From: Marsupella aquatica
Taxonomy: Eukaryota; Plantae; Marchantiophyta
Reading direction: 5' to 3'
DNA: 64,000 nt
Assembly: GCA_973895155.1 (NCBI GenBank)
Contig: OZ316891.1
Location: forward strand, 27,441,561 to 27,505,560
This document shows positions 25,894-37,170 of this stretch, piece after piece. A program made the translations under genes and the position numbers. The number at the start of each line of letters is the position of its first letter. Position 1 is the first letter of the stretch. A model generated the notes under the pieces. It saw nothing but the letters and a program-made list of their open reading frames with translations, was not told the DNA's origin and did not search any database.

Positions 25894-27196
25894 CCATGGT
25901 TCAGGCGCATCTGGAGGTGGGGGAGTACCAGAGATTGCTTCTGCACCTCATCCACATGACGATGGAGGCAGATCAGGTAGCCACGACCATGATGTGCTAC
26001 CTGGTGTGTCAGCGGTAGAGACTCATAGAGCAGAGCAGCCTAGTCGTTCCCGTGTGAAGAAGAGGAAGACGCGACATAGCTTGTATGGATAGTGGACTAG
26101 GTAGACATGTATAGATCTAGTACCAGGCTAGCGAGGTGGATAGTTGGAGGGCATTATGTCCATTTGATATGCCCAGCCTTTAGCATAGTTGGCACTATGC
26201 ATGGAGATGTTCTCCATTTTTTGTACTTTTGCCCTTGATATTTCATTTTTGTATATAAGATATAGTTATGCCGTGTCATGCCCAGGTTTCAAGGTACATA
26301 GTGTGCAATCAAAATTGATAGTCTCTCTTGACTAAATGACCTCTCTAAACCCTAGATAAAAACTCAGTTAAAGAATTAAATTGCACCCCAATTAAACCCC
26401 CAATTAGCCCCCCATTTAAAATAGGCCCAATCAAGCTCGCCAAATAGTTTCCGGGTAGATATCGATCCATATCTGATGCCACAATCATCGTACTTTTCCA
26501 TCCCAAATGTATCGCAAAGTCCGATTCTACTATAATCGCAATTTCCGTTCCAAATAACATCAGACATTTCCGATGTTAAACCAATCGGTCATTTCCATGT
26601 CCAGAATATCGGTCTAGAATCGGACGCCTCCACTAACAGAAAATGCATGAAATAGACATCCGATTACGCGGGCATCAGACATAGTGTTTCCCGACAGTTT
26701 AGGCGACGGAACTCCCGAATGTTTTGGTATCGGTAGTTCCGATTAGTTTCCGATTGTCGTTTTCCGATACAATTTATATCGGAAATTGCGATTCTTTTGG
26801 TATCGGACAGGTGAGATTTCCGCGCTGGATTTCCTAAAGGCGTCCGATCTAAATACAATCGGTAAAATGCCTCAAAATGTACTAGTGAAAGATCCAAATG
26901 AATCAAAATTATATCTAAAAGATATAAAAGAAGAACTTAGGGTCGAACCTGGATCGACCCGACCTAATGGGGAAAACAAACATATCATTTTTGAATGTCA
27001 AAGCATTTTGATATATCAATGTAGAAGTACCTTGCTCAAATGCTTTGTCTTGGACCAGGGTACCGCTTGCTGAAGGTAGACCAATAATATCCTTCGATGG
27101 AAGAGATGCTATGAAAAAACTTTGGTCTGTCCATATATGATTTCCAAACATAGTATTTTAGATTATTGTGAAAAATAGAAGAATGAAACCATAATA

Positions 27197-30100
27197 TTAA
27201 CCTCCACTACTAAATGACCCATATTCATCTATCATTTTATCACCTAGATCACTTTGGATATCAGAATTGACGCCAACAGGAAGTTGCTCCACCAACGTTG
27301 GCGGCACAAACACTGGACTCAATCTCAATTTGTCTATTATGTAATCAGGTTTGACCATTAACTTAGGCGCATCCTCCAACGTTTCTTTCAATCCAACTTT
27401 AGGTCCATTTCTCCAAATGAAATGAGTTGCATGACGGACTGTCTTCATATATCCTGTTCTACCTATCTCAGATCCAGACTTTTGAGACAAGCGTAATATT
27501 ATGGGGCTTCCGCTTGACATCCTTGTGAAGACCAATTTATTCCCTGACGAACAAAATTGAGGAGACTCGGAACAAGTTGAAGCACCTGCCTCTTCAGCTT
27601 CAACATTTGTTGTCTCTCCAAGTGGAAGGTTGTCTTCAATCGCTTCTGCAATACCAGCTTGTAGGTCCGTGGTGGGTGTAGTGGCCCCAATATTCTGCCA
27701 ACCTGCATCCAATGTGCACGATACCTGCGGTCTCTCGGGATGCAATTTTGATACTTCAGGGTTGAGAGGATTTGATGGAGGGTCGCTCTCAGGGCGACCC
27801 GACATCACTATGTCGAGTTGAGGTAGCCCTTCAACACCATAGGTAGTAATGCCAACCATTTCTGTTGCTCGAGCATCCCAATTTCCGCCAAAATCCTCCT
27901 CTACCATAGGACTTGAACCTCCATCATCATGCTGCAACTCACCATCCTCAAGGTCAACTCGCTGAGGGCCCGGTTGGGGGTTGTCCATAGGCCCGCAAAG
28001 AACACTCAGATGAGCTCTACTAGGACCATGTACTCCCATCCGATCTTTCATAAGGGAGGGAATCCTGTTGCACAAAACCCTTGCATATGCTTGGGTGAAA
28101 TGGTGTTCTTGCAAAGTGGCTGAATAGGCAAAACAATCTCGGTATGCCAACAAGGCCACCTTCAAAACCTGCCCTCCTGAAAAAAAATCGAGGAAAGTCT
28201 CCCCCTCACCAGAAAAACATTCAATAATATTTTTGAGCATGTGTCGGGGCTTGGCATGCGGATTGACAAATCCTCCTCGACTTCCGACCATCTCAAACAT
28301 TGGAGCTTGCCGCAATAAATCTGCCATATCAAATGCGGGAGACTGCTCCTCTATCTCATTCTCTTTTCCCTTGCTTTTCTCTTGCTTGTCAGCCTTCACT
28401 TCAATATTGAAATCACAGTCAACATCGGGGTGAAAACTAAATTTTGAATTGAACTCTGGCTTAAATAATTGATTCCAATCAAAATTGTCTTCACCTGTAA
28501 TTCCAGCAAAAATGACCTGCTCAATCGCTCCTGTAAAAATTAAGCCCTGCGGATTTGGGCGATCTTCCCGATCATAACTCCCATATTCAACATGGATGGC
28601 CAAATGCTTTTCATGTCCTAATTTCCTTAGGGCACTTAAGATGTTGGCTGGAAGTGGCCCTGGATGAGTAGTCATGACAACTACAATGGTTGTATTCCTT
28701 GGCAACTCCACAATATATTGGAGCAATACAAAAATTTCCGAATCTGTCCATTCATGTTGTTGTGCCCTACTAAAATCAACAATTGCAAGTGGACACATTG
28801 GCATCGCCTCTTCCAATAACTCTAGCGTGGTTGTCTTCATTAGATTCTCACTGAAGAACGTCAAGAAAGGCTCTGTTCGTGTGCGCCCAACTCCACCAAA
28901 TTGTTTGCAGTACAACCCGTCTAATCTCACCATTAGACTTTGAGGGAAAGCCTCCTTCACAATGTTCTTCCTTAATAAACTACTAAGGTAGACCTCCCCA
29001 ACTGCTCTTCGCAATTTTGTCAACTCAAGTTGAGATCCCAAGGCCGGCATGATGTTGACCACCGAAGCCCACGATGTCCCCCCGGGAAACTTCTCCTTGT
29101 GCTTCTCAACAAAGTACTCAACAATGACTTGCTTCAATTTAGTCATTACCTTGATGGTATGAGCCATATCTGGCATTGACACCAAATCCATCTTGTTGGA
29201 GGCATCTTTCTTGAGAAGTGCTTTCTTCTCATAAACCGCGGTCAATATATCAATGATATCCTTAGAACTGATCTCCCCTTCAAAACATCTAAAAAGAGTT
29301 GGCGTGACCAACTTTAGTGGCCGCGGCCCACCATACTCTCCTGCCCCGCCAGGGAGCTTCCCTGCCAACCAATCCCAACAAACAGTTTGCCATAAATGGA
29401 AAAGCTTATCCTCAACAAAGAGCAACCAAAAAATGGCTTTCAAGCTCGACTTTCCCATTGTTATCTTTGCGAGGGCAAACCAATCCTGCATTTACATTCA
29501 TCCACCAAAAAACATGTTAGATGTTTAAACTTAGAAACTTCAACTTCTCTGCCTCGCCCCTAGAGCGAGGCGAAGAAAATGACAAAGCCATATGAAAATG
29601 GTTGGGGCAAATCGTTCAATTTCATTTGGGTCGCTCCAAGAGCGAGGCAAAATTAAACTACAGTTCCAACTAATGAAAATGTTTACCTGGTATTTGTGGT
29701 TGTCTGTACTTTGGTTTGTTCCAATTCCTGGACGCGGTGGTTTCCCACATTCATCAAATTGCCTTCTCGCATGAACAACTGTCTCTAGAAAACAAGACTT
29801 AAATTGCATGGTCTGATTTACTGCATTTGAAAGGCTCGAGTGCTCGACCAAAATTGCCCTTGGAGTGAGGTCTGATAAGATCCTCGCTTTTCGATATTGG
29901 AGTTTGCTAGCAAGATCAGTTAGCTTGGCATCCTTGTCTGCCCACCCTTGAATCCATTGTGCAGCCTTTGCGGAATGTTGCACACTGATTGCAAGAAATT
30001 GTATTTCTTGCTTCTTAACACCAAACAAAAATTGCTTCCGATCGCGTGCGGTATTGTCAAAATGTAACAACTGCTTAGTGCGCTCTAGAAATGGAATCAA

Positions 30101-31797
30101 ATCTGCAACATGTGGTTCTTGGCCAGGGTTTTTCATCATTGATTTTGCTATCTCTAAGGCATGAGCCTGGTTGAACATCCGATACACAAAAACTGCAGTA
30201 GGCGGAAGAATACTTTTAACCAGGATTTCAAAAACCTCCGTGATTCCAAAAGTGTAGTATTGCTCGATGTTCCGCAAAGCTTTCTGCCCCTCCAATACAT
30301 CTCGTTCCTCTGGTGCATCTGTTGGGCATGTATCATCCTCCGGATCCAAGACCAACCTTGCTTTTGACGCTGACACGGGCTTTGATTTTCCAATCTTGGC
30401 CTTCTTCTTGGGCTTCTTGTCGGAGTCCTTATCTTTCTTCTTCAACGCCGCCTTTTTTCCTCTAGTACTTCCTTGACTCCTTGGCTCTCTTTGTTTTCTC
30501 TTCTTTTGTGTTTCAGCCGACGTCATTTCTTTGGCCTTCATCTTCATCTTCCCCTTACCTCGATGCTTTTCTTCCTTCTTCTTTTGAGTTGAAATCCACT
30601 TCATGCAAGCATCTTCGTCAAACTCATCAGAGAAAATAAAACTCTTATCAATTGCTTGCTCATATGAAAAGCGTGTTGTTTCAATCATCCTCTCGACAAC
30701 CCATGTGTTAGGAAGATCTATAAGGTCCGGATGATCATGCATGTGCCGCTTCACAGAGAGGAATCCAAAGACAACATCAACCCCACTCAATTTGAATCTT
30801 CCATGCCTCTCAAGAACATCCTCTGCAGTGAACCCATCTGGAAGAAATCCCATTGAACAAATACTAGCCTCCGAGCGTGCTATCCACTCCACGTTGATAA
30901 TTGACGAGTACATCTTGATTGGCAAGTAAAGTCTCATCCACTGAGATCTTTCTCTGGATTCAATAATGATTGTAACATTGCGGTTATCACTGCAATTTAC
31001 AAGGACCACAGGGCCCAACGCAACTATCTTCTTGTCGTTCATTGTCTCAGCAGTGATTGCCTTGATACAAATCATCGACAAGTCATTCTCCATGATCCCT
31101 ACTTCAAGTGCCCACGAAAATCCTGCCTTATCTTGTCTAGGGAAAATAAAGTCCTTGACATCCTCGGCCATAATATTTAACTCTGGGGATCCAAGTTGTT
31201 CTCCTGGCAAAACAAATTGAAACAACAACCATTAAAACAAGAGATCTTCTGTGTTGCCTCGCCCCTAGAGCGAGCTGGAGACAAGGTCTGCATCAACAAA
31301 CATGTGGGTTGGGTCGCTCCTGGAGCGACCCTAGGAAAACTTAAATCAAGGTCCAACCAACAACAAATTTGGGTCGCTCCTGGAGCGACACTAGGAAAAC
31401 TTAAATCAAGGTCCAACCAACAACAAAGTTGGGTCGCTCCTGGAGCGACCCTAGGAAAACTTAAATCAAGGTCCAACCAACAACAAAGTTGGGTCGCTCC
31501 TGGAGCGACCCTAGGAAAACTTAAATCAACGTCCAACCAATAACAACGACAAATCTTAGGCAAGATAGGGTCGCTCTAAGAGCGACCCTTCAAAGACTGA
31601 CTTGCATCAATTGTTGAATCATACTTACGTGGAACTGTGATATGAAATCCCTTTGAGGCGGCCAAAGCGGATTCCACCGACATCTTTAGTAAAGTGTCTT
31701 GAGAATCATACTCAAAGATTTTACTAGAATCAAAGTTCAGGGACTGCCCAGAACTAGAAGTGCTAGTAGAATCATCAGAACTAGAGGAAGTGGCCAT
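27197..31797 (-). CDS. ~1324-aa ParB-like domain + beta-class N6A/N4C DNA methyltransferase-like protein (transposon cargo)
   Basis: Exons 31797-31629, 31203-29687 and 29485-27197 join in frame through GT-AG introns with no stops. ParB-like segment: YRMFNQAHALEIAKSM..FLAISVQHSAKAA..YRKARIL. MTase C-terminal motifs: VNPHAKPRHMLKNIIECFSGEGETFLDFFSGG..VALLAYRD. Motif IV appears degenerate (AIVDFS). Confidence 0.7.
31311..31550. repeat. 60-bp tandem array x4 with palindromic core, in intron 1 of the ParB/MTase gene
   Basis: Unit gggtcgctcctggagcgaccctaggaaaacttaaatcaaggtccaaccaacaacaaagtt starts at 31311, 31371, 31431 and 31491. Confidence 0.95.
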
Positions 31798-32857
31798 TGA
31801 AAAATGCCTCACAAACGTTTAGATGACACATGACAGCCTAGTATACAAGAATGCTTATAGCTAGACCACACCACGGAGCGAGGCTACAGAGCAAGGAAAA
31901 AAATCTACTATGAGCAAGGCAAAATCAACAGAGCGAGGCAAGAAAATCTACTATGAGCGAGGCAAGAGGGAGGAGGGAAACCAGGGCAGCCGGGCAAGAA
32001 GACAATGAAGGAGGAGATGGATGCAAGAAGACAATGAGGCAAATGAGGTAATGTCTTTGCCTTTTGCCTTCCTATACCCTCACTGCCACGGCCGATCCTA
32101 CCTGCGACCCCAGCCACGGCCGATCGTACGCGACCTTACGCAACCCAGCCACTTGCTCCCTTCCACGCGCCTGTGAACTCGCAACCCTCATAATGACCTA
32201 GCTGTACGGGTATCCATAGATTTTGAAAAATGATGCACGGTCGTACGGGTGTCCACATAATGCCGATCAGAGTAATCAGACTTTCGGCCTCTCGATGTTG
32301 TGAACCCCTTCAGGACAAACTTGGCTAAAGCTTGCTCACAAATGGTATAAAGCTCTACAGTTCCAATCATTTCTCTCTTTTGTATGGCGCGTGCGTTTCT
32401 GGTCATTGCTCACTCTCGGTCTTGCCTTTTGGCCCTTGTCTATATTGCTTCTATTCGGTGACTGATTCGACTGACTTGGACATTTATGGTTACAAGAGTT
32501 CGTGCAAGGAAAGTCCTCACTGTTTCAAGTACATTGCATTAGTTTTGGTGTCCTTGGTTGGCGACACGTCTTCTATAGTCCTTAAGAGAGGTATTACTTC
32601 ATCTACCATTCTCTTAATTTCTTCTCTATGATATCCACCAAATATTTGGCCCTAGCTTTATCTTAATATATGGACCTAACTAAGCCCTAGATAATGTAGG
32701 GTTCCTAACGACACACTCGTCTACCCACACGTCTACACACTTCAATGGTCTAATTCAGCTTAATCATTCCCCTGATTTATTCATTTCCATATTTTCTCTT
32801 TTCCTTCACAATTCTTGCTTCTCCAGGATTGTGCTCGTCTTTTCTTGCTCTCCCCTT

Positions 32858-33260
32858 GCCTCGCTCCAAGAGCGTCATGCCCTTGCCTCGCTCCAAGAGC
32901 GTCATACACTTACCTTTCATCAGGAGCATCCGCTCTCCATTGCCTCGCCATCAGAGCGTCCCTCAACCGCCTCGCCCCTAGAGCGACCCTCCATCGCCTA
33001 GCCCCTAGAGTGACCCTCATTCACCTTGCCCCTAGAGTGTCTCTCCATCGCCTCGTCCCTAGAGGGACCCTCATTCACCTCGCCCCTAGAGCGTCCCTCC
33101 ATCGCCTCGCCTCTAGAGCGACCCTCCATCACCTCGCCCCTAGAGCGACCCTCCATCGCCTCGCCCCTAGAGCGACCCTCCATCGCCTTGCCCCTAGAGC
33201 GTCCCTCAATCGCCTCGCCCCTAGAGCGTCGCAACCTTGCCTCGCTCCAAGAGCATCCCT
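32858..33260. repeat. 27-bp tandem array (~15 copies) between the divergent MTase-like and transposase genes
   Basis: Consensus cctcgcccctagagcgaccctccatcg; shares the TCGCYC-nnn-GAGCGA core with the 60-bp array. Confidence 0.92.
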
Positions 33261-33437
33261 GACCTTAGAATCCTGTTGTGTAAAGCCAATACACATAAAC
33301 TCCCAAATATTTTTTTCCTTTAAATAGAATTCAAATGTTTAGATCTAAAATTGTAATATCTAGAGTAGTGCTTATCAGTATGCACATTAGCTGAACAATT
33401 TTTAAATGTTTTTGGATGCAGAGATCCTTTCGCTACC

Positions 33438-36400
33438 ATGAGTAAATTTATGCGAGGGGATGAAGTTTCATTGATAATTGATGGTTTTGAAGTGGCAATT
33501 GGGACCATCCAAAAGGTTGATCCCAAAGACACTATACACAATATTTGTCTTGGGAAAAATCGAATTGGGGTCCTTATCGAGAGGTGTCTTGAAACATCTT
33601 GTCCACTACCATTTCCATCCAAAACATCATCGAGCCTAGGTGATGCAGTTGACTCGTGTGTGATCTGGGATTCTTCCTTGGCATATTTGAGGTCTTCAAC
33701 ATTGCCGAAAAGAACCGCTGTGGATGGTGTTCCTACTCCAGTGGACGGGGATGAAGGATGTTCCAAAATGGACGTTGGTGGTAAAGGAGGCAACCTTGCT
33801 GAAGGAGAGGAGGTTGAGATGTTCATTTTAGATGAACTTGTATCAAAAGGAGTTGTCTTCAATACCAATCCAATGGACACTTGTCATAGTGAACGACTCG
33901 GTGTTGGCCGTGTCAGTATACAAATATCAGAGGTTGTTCAGGGAAATAGAAAATTACCGTATCCGCATCCTGGAGCTGACACAGTGCAAGAGGCAATGCA
34001 GACTTGGGTAATGTGGGATGTTGTTGATGTTTCAAGAAAAGGCTCTATTTGAGGTTCTGGCATGTTTGTTGGTGCAAACCCGGGTGCAAACCTGTTTAAG
34101 GATCTTCCATTGAAAGATTTTACAATGCGTTCCAACTAGATGGCAGAGGAAGTTGACTTGTATGATGTTTCTTGTTGTCGTAAGGTTGCGACAGGGGTTA
34201 TCACAGTTCCTTTTGAAGCAGGTGTTGTTGATGATGAACTTCTTGGTCCAGAGCATGTGGGTGTAGCTGTTGTGAATATCAACGATCCTGCATTATTTCC
34301 AAATATCCGTGCTGGTACTCCAGGTTTGGTGAGGTGGGAAATCAAATCTTTGTTGTTGATTTCATCTCAAATGTTTCTCGGGGATATCCTTGAGAAAGGT
34401 TCACATGTGTGGATAGAATCGGGTCGAAATGAGAGCGACCCGGATTTGGATGGTGATGGGAAACCTCCAAAAAGACCTTATAATTTCATTAGAAGGACCA
34501 AAGTGGATCTGGAGGAGAAAAAAAAACATTTGCAATCAAGGGCGCTTTTGAAAATCACCGAGGAGTCCATTGATTCCATCCAAAGAGAAGGTTGTTGCAG
34601 GTTAAAGTGTTGCTTGAACATGCCAAGAGAGGACTTGGAGGCAATGAGGAGGGAATTCCATGGAATGTCAAGTGACAACAAAACAAGTCATATCTTCAAT
34701 CTTTTTGGGTGTAGAGAAGACCAAGTCAAGAGAAAATGATTTTTTGTTCTAAAGGGACGTGTGGTTTGTAAGGATGCGTTCATAAAAATGCATGGGTTTA
34801 GTACGGCAAAGTATTATGATTACAAAAATCAGTACGAAGCTGGGTGCACAATTGGTTTCCATGGAAATCAAGGGCAACATAAGACACGATCAAGCACCTT
34901 GCATGCTCGTGCATTGTTGGAGTCCATTTTAATCCAAAATGGAGAACCAATGCCACATCTTCCCTATGGTGGGTCCAACGGCACCGATACTGTCGAATAT
35001 CGACTCCCATCATGTTTCACTAAGAAGGAGATTTTTCAAGAGGTATTTGCAAAGATGGAATTGGACGGCTATGCTAAGGTTACTGAAGTTACCATGTACA
35101 ACATCTGGAAAAATTCTTTTGATAATTTTGACTTTCACAAGGGCAGTGCATTTGCCAAGTGCACATTTTGCACTGAGTTCAAAGATCAATTGATGCGGGA
35201 GAAGAGAAAAAAAGAGCGTGCAGAGATTGAAGAGAAAAGAGCACGACATCTTCGTGAACAAATGTCAAGGAGATATGTTTACTATGCTCATAGGGTTCTT
35301 GCAAAGAAGGATCCTCAAAATTATCTTTGCATTATTCATGATAAGATGGACCAAGCCAAGACTTGGATCCCCAGATTGGTCCCCACTCCAAAATCTCTCT
35401 CTGGTAGTGGTCAACCTCTGCCCATTGCCCTTACTGGGATGTTAACCCATGGAAGGGATCCAGGAGTGTATGCACACTTTAGTTTGACTGGCCTTTGGCC
35501 TGGAGATGCAGACTTCACTGTGACATCTTTGGCCAAATGCCTTCGAGATTTGGAGGATTACACTGGAGACAAAACGGGAGACATGCTTGAAGCTTTCAAT
35601 TGGAACGCAACTAGGCCAATATTTCAGTCTCTTTTGGACTTTGAAGCATTTCAAGCGGGTTACTTGGAACCCAAAAATGTTTCAATTCTCAAGTTTCAAG
35701 GCCTTGATGACGTCAGGAGAGCCAAAAAACCAGCACAACAGATGCTGGTTCTAGAGTTGATCCTGAGACTACGAGCTCTTTCAAGCCCTTACCAAGGCAC
35801 CTAACACTGCAGATGGACAATTCAGGAAAAGATAATAAAAATCAATATGTGATGGCATTTTGCAGCGAACTTGTTAGCAGGGGGTGTTTGAAACTGTGCA
35901 AATGTCATTCCTCATGGTTGGCCACACCCATGAGGATGTGGATGCACTATTTTCTCAAGTATCCAAACAGGTCAGGTACAAAGAGGTTGCTACCCTCCTT
36001 GCGTTGATGGCTGAGGTTTGGGAGTGTGAAAGCATCCATCCCGTACCACGATTGATTCAGGAGGTTGCATCTTACAAGCACTATTTGAAGGCTTTCCAAG
36101 TGAAAGAGATTGAAGGTCACTCAAAACCAATGGCATTTCTATTCTCCATGAGGGATAATGTGCCAGTGTATCAATATAAAGCACATGTCAAACAACCTTG
36201 GCTTCCAGCAACAGGGAGGTCAATTTGGAGAACTGATCTCATCACAAACACGCTCATTTTACCTGAGGGCCAACCATTTGCAAAACCTATATCGGGGGAG
36301 GTACAAAAGAAAGCCGAGGAAATCATCCCATTCCTTAATCGTTACATCGATTTCTTGAGGAAAAGTTGCAAGGATGAGACCTCTGCAGCATACCGCGAGA

Positions 36401-37170
36401 GATTTCCTTTGGTGAAATATTGGGAGAGGCTTGTTATGGCACTCTCTGAGGCACTTACAATAGAAGGGGAGGGAGAAAGACAATTGCCATTGACAACTGA
36501 TTTCTGGCCAAAGACTAATCATGGCACAGGTTACAAGGTGATTTTGGGGACCTCTCAACCTTCAAGTGAACCTACTCAAAATTCAGAGATGATGGACCTT
36601 CAAAATGAGTACATGGAAGAGATGGAAGGTCAAGCTGCACCCTTCGTTGGTGCACGAGAAGAGCGAGAACTTGCACGTTGGATTCCCCTACAAGATATTC
36701 AAGAGGGTCACTTTGTGTTTTTACGTCCAGAGGATGAATGGGAGCAAAAAAATGGCAAAGGGCGTTTCTGGTTAGTTCGAGCTTTGGGTGGTGTGGATCC
36801 AAACCATGAGGTTTCTTCACTAGATTTGCAATTTAGTGAAGGGTCTTCTTCAAGGTTTTCTAAGAGCATTCACCTAAGTAGCATTCCTAAGCGGTATGCT
36901 CCTATGTTCCAAGTGCAATGGTGGAGGCCTAAACATGGTAAGTATGATGCAAAGGATGATGTTCGATACGAACGTTGCTTTCAGACCACTAAGACTTGGG
37001 AGCTAGATCCTGGGTTTAACACTATCACTCAAAGTTGGCAGTTTGCAAATTCTGCAATGTATGGGTTTAAGTCAGGTGCCAAAGAAAAAAATATTATGGA
37101 TAGAGGTTTGACAATTCCCAAGAATGTTTTGAAAACTCTCAAAACTTACATGGAAGGTATTGATGAGTAG
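33438..37170 (+). pseudogene. DUF7869/Sola-like DDD transposase with 3 N-terminal Tnp1/Transposase_23-like repeats and a C-terminal SH3-fold (Tudor/chromo-like) region
   Basis: Motifs VCKDAF, FAKCTFC, IIHDKMDQAK, LTLQMDNSGKDNKN, FLMVGHTHEDVDALFS. In-frame stops at 34050-52, 34137-39 and 34737-39; frameshifts near 35710 and 35883. Confidence 0.85.

Larger units (their letters stand above)
22867..26092 (+). pseudogene. CACTA TnpA/PTTA (Transposase_24)-like gene with acidic and Gly-rich tail, interrupted by a MITE
   Basis: In-frame exons 22867-23862, 24283-24384 and 24480-26092. Helical region ending KVTHRMGQGG..F|EKEHGRPL resembles PTTA-type proteins. The frame is restored when 25597-25901 is removed. 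Confidence 0.65.
16313..26887. mobile_element. CACTA (En/Spm) transposon, 10.6 kb, nested
   Basis: Termini CACTGGTACATATTTTG... and ...CAAAATGTACTAGTG; 3-bp TSD AAA (16310-16312 and 26888-26890). Dense TCCGA/TCGGA subterminal repeats at both ends; TnpD and TnpA-like genes inside. Confidence 0.88.

Noticed and set aside
26631-26887. Independent mini-CACTA (cactaacagaaaa...tagtg)
   Set aside because: The two ends match only over CACTA and the flanks (ctc/aaa) give no TSD. The right end pairs better with 16313. The internal CACTA may be a relic terminus.
31311-31550. CRISPR-like array (palindromic repeat + spacer)
   Set aside because: The spacers are essentially identical, there are no cas genes, and the context is a eukaryotic intron; it is a tandem repeat.
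32815-33327. 170-aa LAPRA-repeat ORF and overlapping ORFs
   Set aside because: Translations of the 27-bp array; open in several frames, no domain.
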